In this document: one piece after another, positions 1 to 16,636 of the stretch
Layout of the letters: each line of letters opens with the position of its first letter
Numbering within the stretch: position 1 is the first letter of the stretch
From: Eledone cirrhosa
Lineage: Eukaryota
Reading direction: 5' to 3'
Length of the DNA: 64,000 nucleotides
Assembly (NCBI GenBank): GCA_964016885.1
Contig: OZ024761.1
Location: forward strand, 10,106,001-10,170,000
Translations under genes and position numbers: made by a program
Notes under the pieces: generated by a model
Database searches by the model: none
Told to the model about the DNA's origin: nothing
The model's input: the letters and a program-made list of their open reading frames with translations, nothing else

Positions 1-144
1 CGAACGTGACAAGAAGATGGTGGCAATGATGGCGAAGACGATGGCGAAGACTTAAGACAGCAGCAGCTAAAGCAATGCAAAGCTAAGCAATGCTACTTTA
101 AAACAAACATGGTGGTTAAATGAAGCTTCTTTTTCCTTCAAAGC

Positions 145-660
145 TTTGTCGTCGTCGTCGTTGTTGATGTTGTGGTTGTTGTTGTTGTTGTTGTTGTTGT
201 TGTTGAGTGTGAGAATGATGACGACGGTGATGGTGGTGTTGGTGATGATGATGTTGAGTGTGAAAATGATGACGATGGTGGTGGTGAGGTTGATCGTGAT
301 GATGATGATGGTGGTGGTGGTGATGGTGGTGGTAATGAGGATGATGGTGGCGGTGGTGGTGGTACTGGTGTGGACGATGGTCGTGAAGATGATGACGACA
401 ATGATGATGATGGTGACGGTGGTGGTGGTGCTGATGTGGAACATGATGGTGGTGGTGGTGGTGATAAGGAGGATGATCGTGATGATGAAGGTGATGGCAA
501 TGATGATGATTGTGATGATGAAAACGGTAGGTGGTGGTGCTGAAGATGAGGATAAAGATGAAAGACGTAATGATGGCGATGGTGGTGATGAAGATGATAA
601 AGAAGAAGAAGAATTGTTGAGAAAATGATGAAAGAAGAAGAAGAAGGAGAAGAAGAAGAA
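145..660. repeat. (GTT)/(GAT)/(GGT)/(GAA) trinucleotide mosaic
   Basis: Low complexity, giving homopolymer-rich ORFs in many frames. Confidence 0.85.
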
Positions 661-2706
661 GGATATAAATGTGACAAAGAAAAAAGGCGAAGAAATGTCG
701 CAATTACAGAATAAAATTAAAAAAATTAAAAACAACGAAAAACTTGATTGACTAATGTGACCTTTTATTTGACAAATGACCTTATTTTCTCAAATTTGGT
801 GTTGTGTCATCACTTTTGGTGCTACACGTCATCAAATTGGATTCTTTTATTTTATTTTTTTTGACAACGGATATTCATTAAACACCACAGGGCATTAAAT
901 GGTATCCTACCCCGACACCGCCATCATCGTTGTTAAGTTAACATAACATTAATACAAGCATTAATAAATACCACGGCTACCACCACCATTACAACCATCA
1001 ACATTATCATCACCACCATCACCTCCAATACTATCATCACCACCACTACCACCAACCATCAACACCACCAATACTATCACCACCACCATTACAACCACCA
1101 ATACTATCACCACCATTACAACCATCAACACCACCAATACTATCACCACCACCACCACCACCATTACAACCATCAACACCACCAATACTATCACCACCAC
1201 CATTACAACCACCAATACCATCATCACCACCAACACAAGTGCCACTTCAACCAATACAACCACCAATACTATCACCACCACTACATCACCTCTCTATGTC
1301 CATGACAAACAAGACCACTACATCACTACCACCAACACCACTACATTAGCACCAAAAACACCAGTATACCATCACCACCAACAACACCACTCTATGTTCA
1401 TGACAAACAACACCACACCACCACCACACCACCACCACCACACCTCCACACCACCACCACCACCACCACCACCACCACCCACACCACTCCATGACAATCA
1501 ACAATTCTATTGTTCCAAACTCCAAAATGAAACGAAGCAATCATTTCATCTAGCTTCCTTTTATAGAGTTATGGTTACTCTCTCTCACTCTCACTCTCAC
1601 TCACTTTTCCTCCCACTCTCACTCGCTCTTCCCTCTACTCTCACTCGCTCCTCTTCCCACTCTCACTCGCTCTTCCTCTCACTCGCTCTTCCTCTCACTC
1701 TCTCTTCCTCCCACTCTTACTCTCCCTCTTCTCTCACTCTTACTCTCCCTCTTCTCTCACTCGCTCTTCCTCCCACTCTTACTCGCTCTTCCTCTCACAC
1801 TCTCACTCGCTCTTCTTCTCACATTCTCACTCTCTCTTCCTCTCTCATTCTCACTCTCTTCCTCTCACTCTCTTCCTCACACTCTCTCTTCCTCACTCTC
1901 TCACTCACATTTCCTCACTCACCCTTCCGACTCTCACCCTTCCCACTCTCACCCTTCCCACTCTCACTCTTCTCTCACTCTCTCTTCTCTCACTCCCTCT
2001 TCCTCACCCTCTCTCTTCCTACCACTCTCACTCGCTTTTCCTCCCAGTCACACACACTCTCTCTCCCTTCCCCCCTTTCTATCTTTCTCTTGAGCTTCCA
2101 CTCTCATACAAATACACACACATACTTTGCAATCTCGCTCTCTTTCTCCTCTCTCACCCTCTCCATCCCCCTCTCTCTCTCTCTAGCTTCGACTTTTACA
2201 TATACTTTAGTATCTCCCTCACCCCTCTTCCCACTTCACCCTTCTCTCAGAACTATATCGATTAACACGCCCCTTCCCCCACAGCTCCTTCTATACTCTG
2301 TCTTTCACGTGAGTCCGCACTCATCCAATTTATCTGTTCCTCATATCAGCTGCCATTTTGTTTTTGTCACTTTGTCACACACACGTATTATCTTTCCGTC
2401 CTCGCTTTTATACTCCCGTGCACTTCAATGCATCGACTCACACGTACACACCCATCACACACACACCTACACACCCATCACACCACACACGTACACACCC
2501 ATCACACCACACACATACACACCCATCACACCACACACGTACACACCCATCACACCACACACGTACACACCCATCACACACACGTACATATACACACATG
2601 TATTATAAGCCTTACATGTGTTTGTACATCACCCGCACGTAAAAACATACACGCATTTGAGCATCACTCACATGCATACAAGATTCCACACACACACACA
2701 CGCACG

Positions 2707-2771
<65 letters not shown>

Positions 2772-3018
2772 GGTTTTTACATGCTCACACACACACACAC
2801 GTATATACAGACACTTGTACAACGCGCGCACACATGCACTGGTACAGCATACACGTAGATGCACACACTTTGTATATCACATGTATATATGCACACACCT
2901 ATATACATATATATATATCACATGTATGTATGCACACACCTATATATATATATATATATATATATATCACATGTATGTATACACACACCTATATATATCA
3001 CATGTATATATGCACACA

Positions 3019-3064
<46 letters not shown>

Positions 3065-4883
3065 ATGTATATATGCACACACCTATATATATATATATAT
3101 ATATATATCACATGTATATATGCACGCACCTATATAGATATACATATATATATATATATCACATATATATATGCACACACCTATATATATATATATATAT
3201 ATATTCTCAGTCATTTTTTTTTTCGCACTGTGAAGCTTTCAGAAAGAGATGAACGGTTCCTTTATCAATCTGTTTGTTGGTAGCAGATTGATGGTGCCGT
3301 TGGCACACCACGTAATAGCAATGGGAAGAATTGATTGAAAGCAGACGATAGCTCTCAACTCTTGAGAAGAAGAAAAAAAAGCACAAGAGCGGCAATAGAA
3401 GAAGAAAAAAAGGGGAGAGGAAATAGTAGAAATAGTGTATGTATGTGATCGAAGAGAGGGTGAGAGTGTAACTGTGAGAAAGAGAGAGGTAGATAGATAG
3501 ATAGAAAGAGGGAGGGGTAGATAGATATGCTGAGCGGGAGACGTGGTAAGAGGGAGGAGGAGGGAAAGTAGAAAGAATGAAATAAAGAGAAAGGGAATGA
3601 GAGAGAGAGAGAGAGAGAGGGAGAGAGTGGGGAAAGAAAGGTATTTAAGATGAAAGTAAGCAAGAAAAATGTCAGGAAAAAAATGAGAGAGGTTATTAAA
3701 GATAAGACGATATGAATAGATGTGTGTGTGGAGGTGGGGGAGCGGATATGGAGACACCGGAAGAGAGAGAGGGAGAGAGAATAGGGGGTGGAAATGAGAG
3801 ATTGAGTGAAAGAGAATATAAAAGGCAGAGAGGGGGGGGGGGGTAAAGGAGAAAAAGTTAGAAGGGAAGGAAAGAGAGAAAGAATGATAGGATAGACATT
3901 GTGTGTGAGAGAGAGGGGAAGAGAAAGAGTGATTGGATAGACAGAGAGAGAGAGAGAGAGAGAGAGATTTTAAGAGAACATGGAAGAAGAAGCCGTTAAA
4001 ACGTGAGTGACTGTTTTGACTGAACAAGTGAGTATAAGTGAGTGTGAGCATGAGTATGTGTGAGAGTATAAGTGAGTGTGTGTGAGTATGAATGATAGTG
4101 TGTGAGTGTGAGTATGAGTGAGTGCGTGTGAGTATGAGTGAGGGTATAAGTGAGTATGTGAGTGTGAGTGAATAAGTAACATTCACTCACACAAGGAAGA
4201 TGAAATGATGACATAGAGAAAGGAAGAAGAAGAAGAAAGTAAACGGTGGAGAAAAAAAATGATGATAAAGACTCGAATGATACGCAAGGAATTGATGAAC
4301 AGGGCTGAATGTGATAAGGGGGGAGTACAAGGGGGTTGGGTGGAGGAGAAGACAGATGAAGCGAAGGTGAAATAAAAGGAAAACCACGATGAGATGATGG
4401 CGGCGGTGGTGGGGTGGGGTGGGTGTAAGTTGAGAGAGAGAGAGAATGTGAAAGCAGATATGATGAATCAGAAGAAATATGAAGCCCTATGTGTGTTTAA
4501 GATAAAGCATCTCGCTTTTCAGAAATCTTCTATAATGAGTCAGCAAACCTCGTTTTTGGCTTTAAAATCTATGTCAATGGTTGTTCTTAGTTCTTAGTTA
4601 GCTGTTTCTTTCCGTCATTCTTTCTTTCGTTCTTTCTTACTTTTTCTTCTTTTTAGGGGTGGTGTGGGGTGGGGGTGGCTTTAATCTTCTTATACTTTTG
4701 TGAGTACGTGTGTGTGTATGTATGTATGATATTTTGTTAGTGTGTAAAATGTGTGTGTTTGTGTGAAAGACGGAGAGAGAAAGAGTTTGAGAGTTCGTGT
4801 GTTTGCGAGTATATGTGTGAATGTGTGCTGGTAGTTCATTTCTGAAAATCTTTCCAGCACTGAGTATATATGTATATATATAC

Positions 4884-4933
<50 letters not shown>

Positions 4934-5045
4934 CATATTCCTCCCATTTTCCCATCTGCTCGGCTGTTTGTGATGAACTCAGTGCTGGAAAGATTTTCAG
5001 AAATGAACTAACATTACACATATACTCACAAGCACATGTACTACC

Positions 5046-5115
<70 letters not shown>

Positions 5116-5928
5116 ACTCTCTCTTTCTCCCCTCTCAGTCTTCATCTTTTTCTCTTACACACACATACACATTTACAAACTCTTCTCTCTCTTTTTACAC
5201 TAACAAACGTACTTACACGCACACCATCGTACGTACATATACATACATACATATGCGTGTATATATATATATATATATATATATGGTGTGTGTGTGTGTG
5301 TGTATGTATATGTATATATAATCATAAAAATTGTGATGGCCAACTAACCAGCCATCAAAGCAAATGGTGGAAGAGTGGAAAAGACTTATTTCTATTAGCA
5401 ATTGAAGAAGAGGGGATGGTGGGGGGGGGGGGGGGCGAACCAGATGTGCGATTGCAATAACATGGCACGTTATAATGGTATGGTATGGTATGGAAGTATG
5501 GTGTGGTGGTATGATGATTTGGTAGGATGTATATATATATGTATATATATGGTGTGGTTAGGTGGAGTGTGGTGGTGTAGTGTGTTGGAGTCTGGTACTG
5601 CATGATGGAGTGTGGTGTGGTATGATATGTCATGGCATACCATGTAGTGAACCATTAAAGAGTTTTTTGGTTTCATCGGAACAATAATGGTATTTAGGAT
5701 GGTGGCGGCGGCGGTGGCGATGGTTGGTATAGAAGACATCCATCCATCCATATATAGGGAGGATAATGAGAAAGATGTCCGTATATGGATATAGGGATGG
5801 GGGTGGTAAAGATATATGTATATATAGAGAGAGGGGGGGGGGCGAGGAGAAAGGAAGGTTTCCATATATGGAAATAGGGAGGAGGTAAAGTTATATATAT
5901 ATATATAGTAACTACCCGTTACACTCCC

Positions 5929-5992
<64 letters not shown>

Positions 5993-6502
5993 AAGGATGA
6001 GGAAAACTTCCGTATGTGGCGGAGGGGGAAGAATTCAGCATTGTGCCTGTTAACCTCCTCCCTCCCTTTCTTACATCTTGTTCGTTTATCTTGAATGGTT
6101 TTCCACTTACCGCTTTCCTTGCACTTCCTCCCACTACCACCACCAGCATCAACACCAACATCATCATTATACCGTTGTTCACAGCCGTACCAACACCACC
6201 GCCATACCAAAACCACCACCAATAATATCATCACCATCACCAACATCATTACCATGTTCACCAACATCATCATCATCACCATGTTCACCACCATACTATC
6301 GCCACCACCACCACCACCACCACCAATAACAACATCATCCTCATCATCGCATTGTTCACAGCCGTACCACTGTCATCATCATCATCATCATCAACACCAT
6401 CACGATGTTCACCGCCATACCAACACCACCACCACCAATAACATCATCACCATCACCATGTTTACCAACATCATCGTCACCATCACCATCACTTACAACA
6501 GT

Positions 6503-6692
6503 GGCGGTGGATTGGCAGTATCGGTAGAGGGTCGGATGTCATGCTTTGCAGCATAGAGTTGCGTTCCTTTACGGTCTGAGTTCAAATTCCGCTGGCGTTA
6601 ACTTTGCCTTTCATCCTGACGGGAGTCGATAAAATAAAGTACCAGTAATGCACTGGGGTAATTGCTGGCCTTGTGCCAAAGGTAGAACCAAT
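6503..6692 (+). mobile_element. tRNA-derived SINE, near full length (family S)
   Basis: A-box-like TGGCAGTATCGG, B-box GAGTTCAAATTCC, central TTGCCTTTCATCC..GGGGTCGATAAAATAAAGTACCAG, 3' GGCCTTGTGCCAAA. Repeated many times in the window. Confidence 0.88.
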
Positions 6693-6704
6693 ACACAGCA
6701 CGCA

Positions 6705-7965
6705 CCACAACTTACAGCAGTAATACTAACGCAACACACACCACACAACAAACAACAGCAATACTACACAACACGCACCACACAACAAACAACAGCAATA
6801 CTACACAACACACACCACACAACAAACAACAGCAATACTACACAACACACACCACACAACTTACAGCAGTAATACTACACAACACACACCACACAACAAA
6901 CAACAGCAATACTACACAACACACACCACACAACAAACAACAGCAATACTACACAACACGCACCACACAACAAACAACAGCAATACTACACAACACGCAC
7001 CACACAACAAACAACAGTAATACTACACAATACGCACCACACAACAAACAACAGCAATACTACACAACACACACCACACAACAAACAACAGTAATACTAC
7101 ACAACACACACCACACAACAAACAACAGTAATACTACACAATACGCACCACACAACTTACAGCAGTACTACACAACACACACCACACAACAAACAACAGT
7201 AATACTACACAATACGCACCACACAACAAACAACAGCAATACTACACAACACACACCACACAACAAACAACAGCAACACTACACAACAGACACCACACAA
7301 CAAACAACAGTAATACTACACAATACGCACCACACAACAAACAACAGCAATACTACACAACACACACCACACAACAAACAACAGCAACACTACACAACAC
7401 ACCACACAACAAACAACAGCAATACTACACAACACACACCACACAACAAACAACAGCAATACTACACAACACACACCGCACAACAAACAACAGCAATACT
7501 ACACAACACACACCACACAACAAACAACAGCAATATTACACAACACACACCACACAACAAACAACAGTAATACTACACAATACGCACCACACAACAAACA
7601 ACAGCAATACTACACAACACACACCACACAACAAACAACAGCAATACTACACAATACGCACCACACAACAAACAACAGTAATACTACACAATACGCACCA
7701 CACAACAAACAACAACAAAACTACACATCACACACCACACAACAAACAACAGCAATACTACACAACACACACCACACAACAAACAACAGCAATACTACAC
7801 AACACGCACCACACAACAAACAACAGTAATACTACACAATACGCACCACACAACAAACAACAGCAATACTACACAACACACACCACACAACAAACAACAG
7901 TAATACTACACAATACGCACCACACAACAAACAACAGCAATACTACACAATACGCACCACACAAC
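6705..7965. repeat. 37-bp minisatellite (CCACACAACAAACAACAGCAATACTACACAACACGCA)n, ~34 copies
   Basis: Periodicity read directly. Confidence 0.92.
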
Positions 7966-8104
7966 AGTCAGTTCATCTCAATGACTTCCTCTTATCAGTT
8001 AACACTTCATTTGGTCTTTGTTGGTGTTATTCTTTGTTATGCTACTGTTGTTGTTGTTGTTGTTGTTGTTGGTGTTGTTAAGTAGTACGAGAGATCGAAG
8101 ACTT

Positions 8105-8330
8105 GGAGATTGACAGTCTTAGAGAGAGAGGTGGAGAGGGAGAGGGAGATTGACAGACTTAGAGAGAGAGAGAGGGAGAGGGAGATTGACAGACTTAGAG
8201 AGAGAAGTGGAGAGGGAGAGTGACAGACTTAGAGAGAAAGAGGGAGAGGGAGATTGACAGACTTAGAGAGAGAAGTGGAGAGGGAGATTGACAGACTTAG
8301 AGAGAGAGGTGGAGAGGGAGATTGGGTTAG
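8105..8330. repeat. GAGATTGACAGACTTAG(AG)n minisatellite; a similar-style array (GATGTAGAGCAGAAGTGGTAAGACT) lies at 13605-13825
   Basis: Direct repeats read from the sequence. Confidence 0.75.
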
Positions 8331-8620
8331 AGAGAGAGAGAGAAAGAGGTTGAGAGATTCAGAGAGAAAGAGAGACTCAGAGAGAGGGGTAGATAGACAG
8401 GGAGAGAGAGAGACTAGAGAGAATAAAAGGTTTTCAGGAATCCTTCGTATTGGCACTTTGAACAATCAATGTCCCCCCCCCCCCCCTCTCTCTCTCTCTA
8501 CTCTTTTCTCTCTCATTCTTTCTCTCTCTTCTTTTTTCTCTTCCGCTTTTCTCTATCTTTCCTCGTGCCTGTCTCTCCTTGAGTTTCTTTAATATTTCCT
8601 TTCTTTTGTGGAAATGAAAG

Positions 8621-8694
<74 letters not shown>

Positions 8695-9337
8695 CAATAT
8701 ATAGAGAGAATGAGAAAGAGATAGGCAGAAACAATGGGAAAGAACGAGAGAGAGAGAGGTAGAAATATATAGAGAGAAGGAGAAAGAGAGACGCAGAAAC
8801 AATGGGAGGCTTTCAGAAATCCCTTGAAACATTTGGCACTTTCAGCCAACAATCTCATATCTCTCTCTCTCTTTCTCACTTATGTTCCTCTCTCTCACTC
8901 TCTGTATTACTCCCCCTCTCTCTTTCTCTCTCTTCCTCTCTCTCTCCTACTGCCACTGCTCTCTCTCTCTCTTTCTCCCCCCTCTCTCTCTCCTACTGCC
9001 ACTGCTCTCTCTCCCCCCCTCTCTTTCCTACTGCCACTGCTCTCTCTATCTCTCCCCTCTCTCTATCTCTTCTCTAGTTGTTCCAGCTCTTTGCCACCAT
9101 GACACCATCTGTTTCCCATTTTACAATTCTTTCATATTGTTTCTGTTAGAGCACAAGAGTTGCCTCGAGTGTTTCTTGGAGAGTTAAAGGACATGGGGGG
9201 GGGGGGGGCGTAACAGTAGGATATTATTGAAGGAGGAGTAGGGGTAGGAAAGAGACGGAATCGGAGGGAGGTAGTTTTTTTTATAGTTTTTTTTCTTTCT
9301 TTTCTTTTTTCTTCCTGCTAATCTACCAATTTCATTT

Positions 9338-12300
9338 CCACACTACACTATACCATACCACACCACACCACACCACACTACACTATACTATATGACACCA
9401 CACTTCACTATACTACAATATACCACACTACACTATACTACAATACACCACACTACACTATACTACAATATACTACACTATACCACACTACACTATACTA
9501 TAATATACCACACCACACTACACTATACTACAAATATACCACACTGCACTACTCTATACTACAATATACCACACTACACTATACTACAATATACCACGCC
9601 ACACTATACTACAATATACCACGCCACACTATACTACAATATACCACACTACACTATACTACACCACACTACACTATATTACACCACACCACACTACACT
9701 ATGTTACACCTCACTACACTATACTACAATATACCACACTACACTATACTACAATATACCACGCCACACTATACTACAATATACCACGCCACACTATACT
9801 ACAATATACCACACTACACTATACTACACCACACTACACTATATTACACCACACCACACTACACTATGTTACACCTCACTACACTATACTACAATATACC
9901 ACACTACACTATACTACAATATACCACGCCACACTATACTACAATATACCACGCCACACTATACTACAATATACCACACTACACTATACTACACCACACT
10001 ACACTATATTACACCACACCACACTACACTATGTTACACCTCACTACACTATACTACAATATACCACACTACACTATACTACAATATACCACGCCACACT
10101 ATACTACAATATACCACGCCACACTATACTACAATATACCACACTACACTATACTACACCGCACTACACTATATTACACCACACCACACTACACTATGTT
10201 ACACCTCACTACACTATACTACAATATACCACACTACACTATACTACAATATACCACGCCACACTATACTACAATATACCACGCCACACTATACTACAAT
10301 ATACCACACTACACTATACTACACCACACTACACTATATTACACCACACCACACTACACTATGTTACACCTCACTACACTATACTACAATATACCACACT
10401 ACACTATACTACAATATACCACGCCACACTATACTACAATATACCACGCCACACTATACTACAATATACCACACTACACTATATTACACCACACCACACT
10501 ACACTATGTTACACCTCACTACACTATACTACAATATACCACACTACACTATACTACACCACACTACACTATATTACACCACACCACACTACACTATGTT
10601 ACACCTCACTACACTATACTACAATATACCACACTACACTATACTACACCACACTACACTATATTACACCACACCACACTACACTATGTTACACCTCACT
10701 ACACTATACTACAATATACCACACTACACTATACTACACCACACTACACTATATTACACCACATCACACTACACTATGTTACACCTCACTACACTATACT
10801 ACAATATACCACACTACACTATACTACAATATACCACGCCACACTATACTACAATATACCACGCCACACTATACTACAATATACCACACTACACTATACT
10901 ACACCACACTACACTATATTACACCACACCACACTACACTATGTTACACCTCACTACACTATACTACAATATACCACACTACACTATACTACAATATACC
11001 ACGCCACACTATACTACAATATACCACGCCACACTATACTACAATATACCACACTACACTATACTACACCACACTACACTATATTACACCACACCACACT
11101 ACACTATGTTACACCTCACTACACTATACTACAATATACCACACTACACTATACTACAATATACCACGCCACACTATACTACAATATACCACGCCACACT
11201 ATACTACAATATACCACACTACACTATACTACACCACACTACACTATATTACACCACACCACACTACACTATGTTACACCTCACTACACTATACTACAAT
11301 ATACCACACTACACTATACTACAATATACCACGCCACACTATACTACAATATACCACGCCACACTATACTACAATATACCACACTACACTATACTACACC
11401 ACACTACACTATATTACACCACACCACACTACACTATGTTACACCTCACTACACTATACTACAATATACCACACTACACTATACTACACCACACTACACT
11501 ATATTACACCACACCACACTACACTATGTTACACCTCACTACACTATACTACAATATACCACACTACACTATACTACACCACACTACACTATATTACACC
11601 ACATCACACTACACTATGTTACACCTCACTACACTATACTACAATATACCACACTACACTATACTACAATATACCACGCCACACTATACTACAATATACC
11701 ACGCCACACTATACTACAATATACCACACTACACTATACTACACCACACTACACTATATTACACCACACTACACTATGTTACACCTCACTACACTATACT
11801 ACAATATACCACACTACACTATACTACACCACACTACAATATACCACACCTCAGTACACCACATCACTCTACAATATATTGCACTCTACTCTACTCCACT
11901 ACACCACACTACACTACACTACACTACACTCCACTACACTACACTACACTATACTACACTACACTACACTACACTACGCTCTACTCCACTACACTCCACT
12001 ACACTACACTACACTACACTACACTACGCTCTACTCCACTACACTACGCTCCACTCCAACACACTACACTCCCCTCTACTCCACTACACTACCCTCCACT
12101 CCACTACACTACACTACACTACGCTCTACTCCACTACACTACGCTCTACTCCACTCCACTACACTCTACTCCACTACACTCCACTCCACTACACTACGCT
12201 CTACTCCACTACACTCCACTCCATTACACTACACTACGCTCTACTCCACTCCACTCCACTACACTACGCTCTACTCCACTACACTACGCTCTACTTCACT

Positions 12301-13150
12301 ACACTCCACTCCACTCCACTACACTACACTACACTCCACTACACTACGCTCTACTCCACTACACTACACTCCACTACACTCCACTCCACTACACTGCGCT
12401 CTACTCCACTACACTCCACTACACTACACTCCACTACACTACACTACACTACGCTCTACTCCACTACACTCCACTCCACTACACTACACTACGCTCTACT
12501 CCACTACACTACGCTCTACTCCACTACACTCCATTACACTACACTACGCTCTACTCCACTCCACTCCACTACACTACGCTCTACTCCACTACACTACGCT
12601 CTACTTCACTACACTCCACTACACTACACTACACTACACTACACTACACTACACTACGCTCTACTCCACTACACTCCACTCCACTACACTCCACTCCACT
12701 CCACTACACTCTACTCGACTACACTCCACTACACTACACTACACTCCACTCCACTACACTACACTACACTCCACTCCACTACACTCCACTACACTCCACT
12801 GCACTCCACTACACTCCACTACACTCCACTCCACTACACTACACTACACTACACTCCACTCCATTACACTCCACTCCACTACACTCCACTACACTCCACT
12901 CCACTACACTCCACTACACTACACTCCACTACACTCCACTACACTCCACTACACTTCACCACACTCCACTACACTCCACTCCACTCCACTCCACTACACT
13001 CCACTACACTACACTACACTACACTACACTCCACTACACTCCACTACACTACACTCCACTACACTCCACTACACTCCACTACACTACACTCCACTACACT
13101 CCACTACACTACACTCCACTACACTCCACTACACTCCACTACACTACACC
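9338..13150. repeat. Pentanucleotide satellite (CACTA/CACTC variants) with 165- and 90-bp higher-order units
   Basis: Marker ATGTTACACCTC recurs at 9701, 9866, 10031, 10196, 10361, 10506, 10596, 10686, 10776, 10941 and onward. Confidence 0.92.
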
Positions 13151-13271
13151 AGTCTAGTACTGGTGTCGTTTTTTCCTTTATACCTCTTCCTCTGGAAGAA
13201 ATCTGCTGTATTCAAACCTGGAGAGGAGATGGGCTCCGCCATGTTACTACAGTACCCATACGTCTCCATCG

Positions 13272-13311
<40 letters not shown>

Positions 13312-15341
13312 ACAGACACACACACATGTATATAAAGACGAAGCGGTTATGACTAGAATATCTTTGATCATAAGCCTGTTTCATCAGGAACTGACCTGGG
13401 GCTAAAACAACAACACAATGTGCACGTTTACATCCTTGTGCACTTGCACTGAAGACAGGTAAGAGACTGATGGTGCTGTTGGCACACCTTGTAGTGGCGA
13501 TAAGAGGAATTGATTGAAAGCAGACGATAGCTCTCAACTCTGGGAAAATAAATAAACACCCACGGGGAAAAGGGAGAGTGAAGTGACAGTGTATAAGGGA
13601 CATAGAGAGAGATGTAGAGCAGAAGTGGTAAGACTGAGTGAGAGAGAGAGATGTAGAGCAGAAGTGGTAAGACTAAAAGAGGAGGAGAGAGAGATGTAGA
13701 GCAGAAGTGGTAAGACTAAAAGAGGAGGAGAGAGAGATGTAGAGCAGAAGTGGTAAGACTGAAAGAGGAGGAGAGAGAGATGTAGAGCAGAAGTGGTAAG
13801 ACTGAAAGAGGAGGAGAGAGAGAGATGAAAGAAAACAAGAAAAAAGACGGGTTTGTCCAGTCAAGTTTATGGAAACTCCGCCATGCTGGTTGGTACCTTA
13901 TCGTCTTTAGAACGCACCATCACCACCACCACCACCACCACCATTATCATCATTACTACCACCACTACCATCATCACTAACTACCACCGTCAATACCATT
14001 CTTACCACCACTACCATCATCATCATCACTAACTACCACTGTTAATACCATTACTACCACTACCATCATCATCATCACTAACTACCACTGTTAATACCAT
14101 CACCAATGGTCACAGTTGGAATGTTATTTATCTCGAATCAAGACTGGCATGGTTAGGATAGGATGGGATTTTGCTAGACTAAGCAAGGATGAAATTCACC
14201 TTAAGCAATGCAATTGGGATGGTCACGGTTGGAATATTGGCTCATCGTAAGTATTCTTGAATCATGACTGACTAACATCTGTGGAGATAAACGACGGCAG
14301 CGATAATGGGAAGCATGTAATCAATTTGATAAAATCTGGAAATCAAATCTTTCATTCTCTTTGAAAATGAAAACCTTTCAGATATTAGTTGAGCCGAGTC
14401 TCCTATATGACTCAGAAACCGGGACACCGGGGAAACCTCGTATAGAAAACACTTTTTGGTGTAGTGTCTTGTAGTGGGATGTGGTGTGGTGTGATGAGGT
14501 GTGGTGTGGTGTAGTATATACATACAACAACTTACTTAGAAGGGCAAAGAATCTAAGCTGGTGGTCACATACAACCAGACAAACAATCTACGGAAATTTG
14601 TCTCTAATATCACTCAGACCTAAACAGAAAAGGTTCAAGTGAGGGTTAGAGTATGGTGTAATTTCTTACTTGACTACCCAATATTTTAAATTTCAAATCT
14701 GGAACGTCTTTAAATGGCTGCCGCAACTTCAAATAATGTCGACCACCTCAGACAACATAAAGTAATCCTGCCTAGACAATATGAAACGTCATTCATTTCA
14801 CACTGTTTCTCTATTTCCGTTGTTGTTCTTGTTATTGTTGACGTTGTTGTTCTTGTCATTGTTTTTATTGACGTAGTTTTTGTTGTTGTTCTTGTCATTG
14901 TTTTTATTGACGTAGTTTTTGTTGTTCTTGTCATTGTTTTTATTGGCGTAGTTTTTGTTGTTGTTCTTGTCAATGTTTTTATTGACGTAGTTTTTGTTGT
15001 TGTTTTTATTGGCGTAGTTTTTGTTGTATTCGTCGTTGTTGTTTGTGTCGTGGTTTTTTTCGTTGTTGTTGTTTTTGTCGTGGTTTTTCTCGTTGTTATT
15101 GATGATGATGTTGTTGTTGTTATTGTTGTTATTATTACTGATATTGTTGTTACTGTTATTGTTCTGTTACTGGTGCTGCTGTTGTTGTATTTGATACTGC
15201 TGCTACTGCTGGTATCGTCTGCTTAATGGGTTTTCTCTGATTACTGTATATCGATTTTCATTCGGAAATTACACGTGTGTGTGTGTGTGTGTGTGCGTGC
15301 GAGCGTGAAAGACAGACAAGGTGATAAAGAGAGAAAGACAG

Positions 15342-15402
<61 letters not shown>

Positions 15403-15482
15403 TATTTGAAGTCTAAAATTTCACAGTCATCAATTCAAGTTTCTCAAGATCGTTTTGAATTGTAAAATGTCAATTAGTGTAG

Positions 15483-15560
<78 letters not shown>

Positions 15561-15942
15561 TACATGCATATATACTTATATACATATACATACATTCATA
15601 CACATACATACATACACACACATACATACATACATACATATATACATATACATACATTCATATACGTAGACATACATACACGTACATACCTACATATATA
15701 CATACATACAATCATACATACATGCAGACAAACACATACACATATGCATGCGTACTTACACACATATACATACATACGTACATACACACAGATGTATACA
15801 TACCTAAATGCGCACATATATACACACATGCATACATATATACATATGTAAATACATTCGTACATATATACATACATACATATGCATATATATTAATGTT
15901 TATGTATATATCCACAATATATATGTGTGTGTATATATATGT

Positions 15943-15996
<54 letters not shown>

Positions 15997-16073
15997 GTGT
16001 GTGTGTATGTGCACACATATATACGTCTCTATGTCTCCCTCACTCTCTCTGGTAACTAAACAAATTTTATATG

Positions 16074-16150
<77 letters not shown>

Positions 16151-16544
16151 TGTGTGTGTGTGTGTGTGCGTATGTGCGTGCAAAGACATGTATCATAATT
16201 ATCAATTTCTTTATGTAAAATTATATTAAATATTTATCATTTATTAATACTGGTTAAAACATTTATTCTTGTTTAATGAGGATGATGGTGGTGGTGGTGG
16301 AGGTGATGATGGGGGTGCGGATGAGGATAATGATGATGAGAATGATGGCGATGGCGATGATAATGATGATAATAATAACAATAATAACAATTATTCTAAA
16401 CACTTCTAGAAATGTTTTCATAATCACACTGCATGACTCCTAGTCTTTAATGCGATGCTCCAAACTGTTCAACGCACATTATCAAGAATTTAATAAAATG
16501 TAGATATGTAAAATTGTGATATTGTCTGGCTATATATATATATA

Positions 16545-16626
<82 letters not shown>

Positions 16627-16636
16627 TGTATGTATT

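Noticed and set aside
13150-13270. AACATGGCGGAG start-like context (MAEPISSPG) on the minus strand
   Set aside because: Short, no homology recognised, and also explainable as a YY1-type motif.
9392-13405. 1337-aa and overlapping long ORFs
   Set aside because: These are translations of a pentamer satellite lacking stops, with no domain content.
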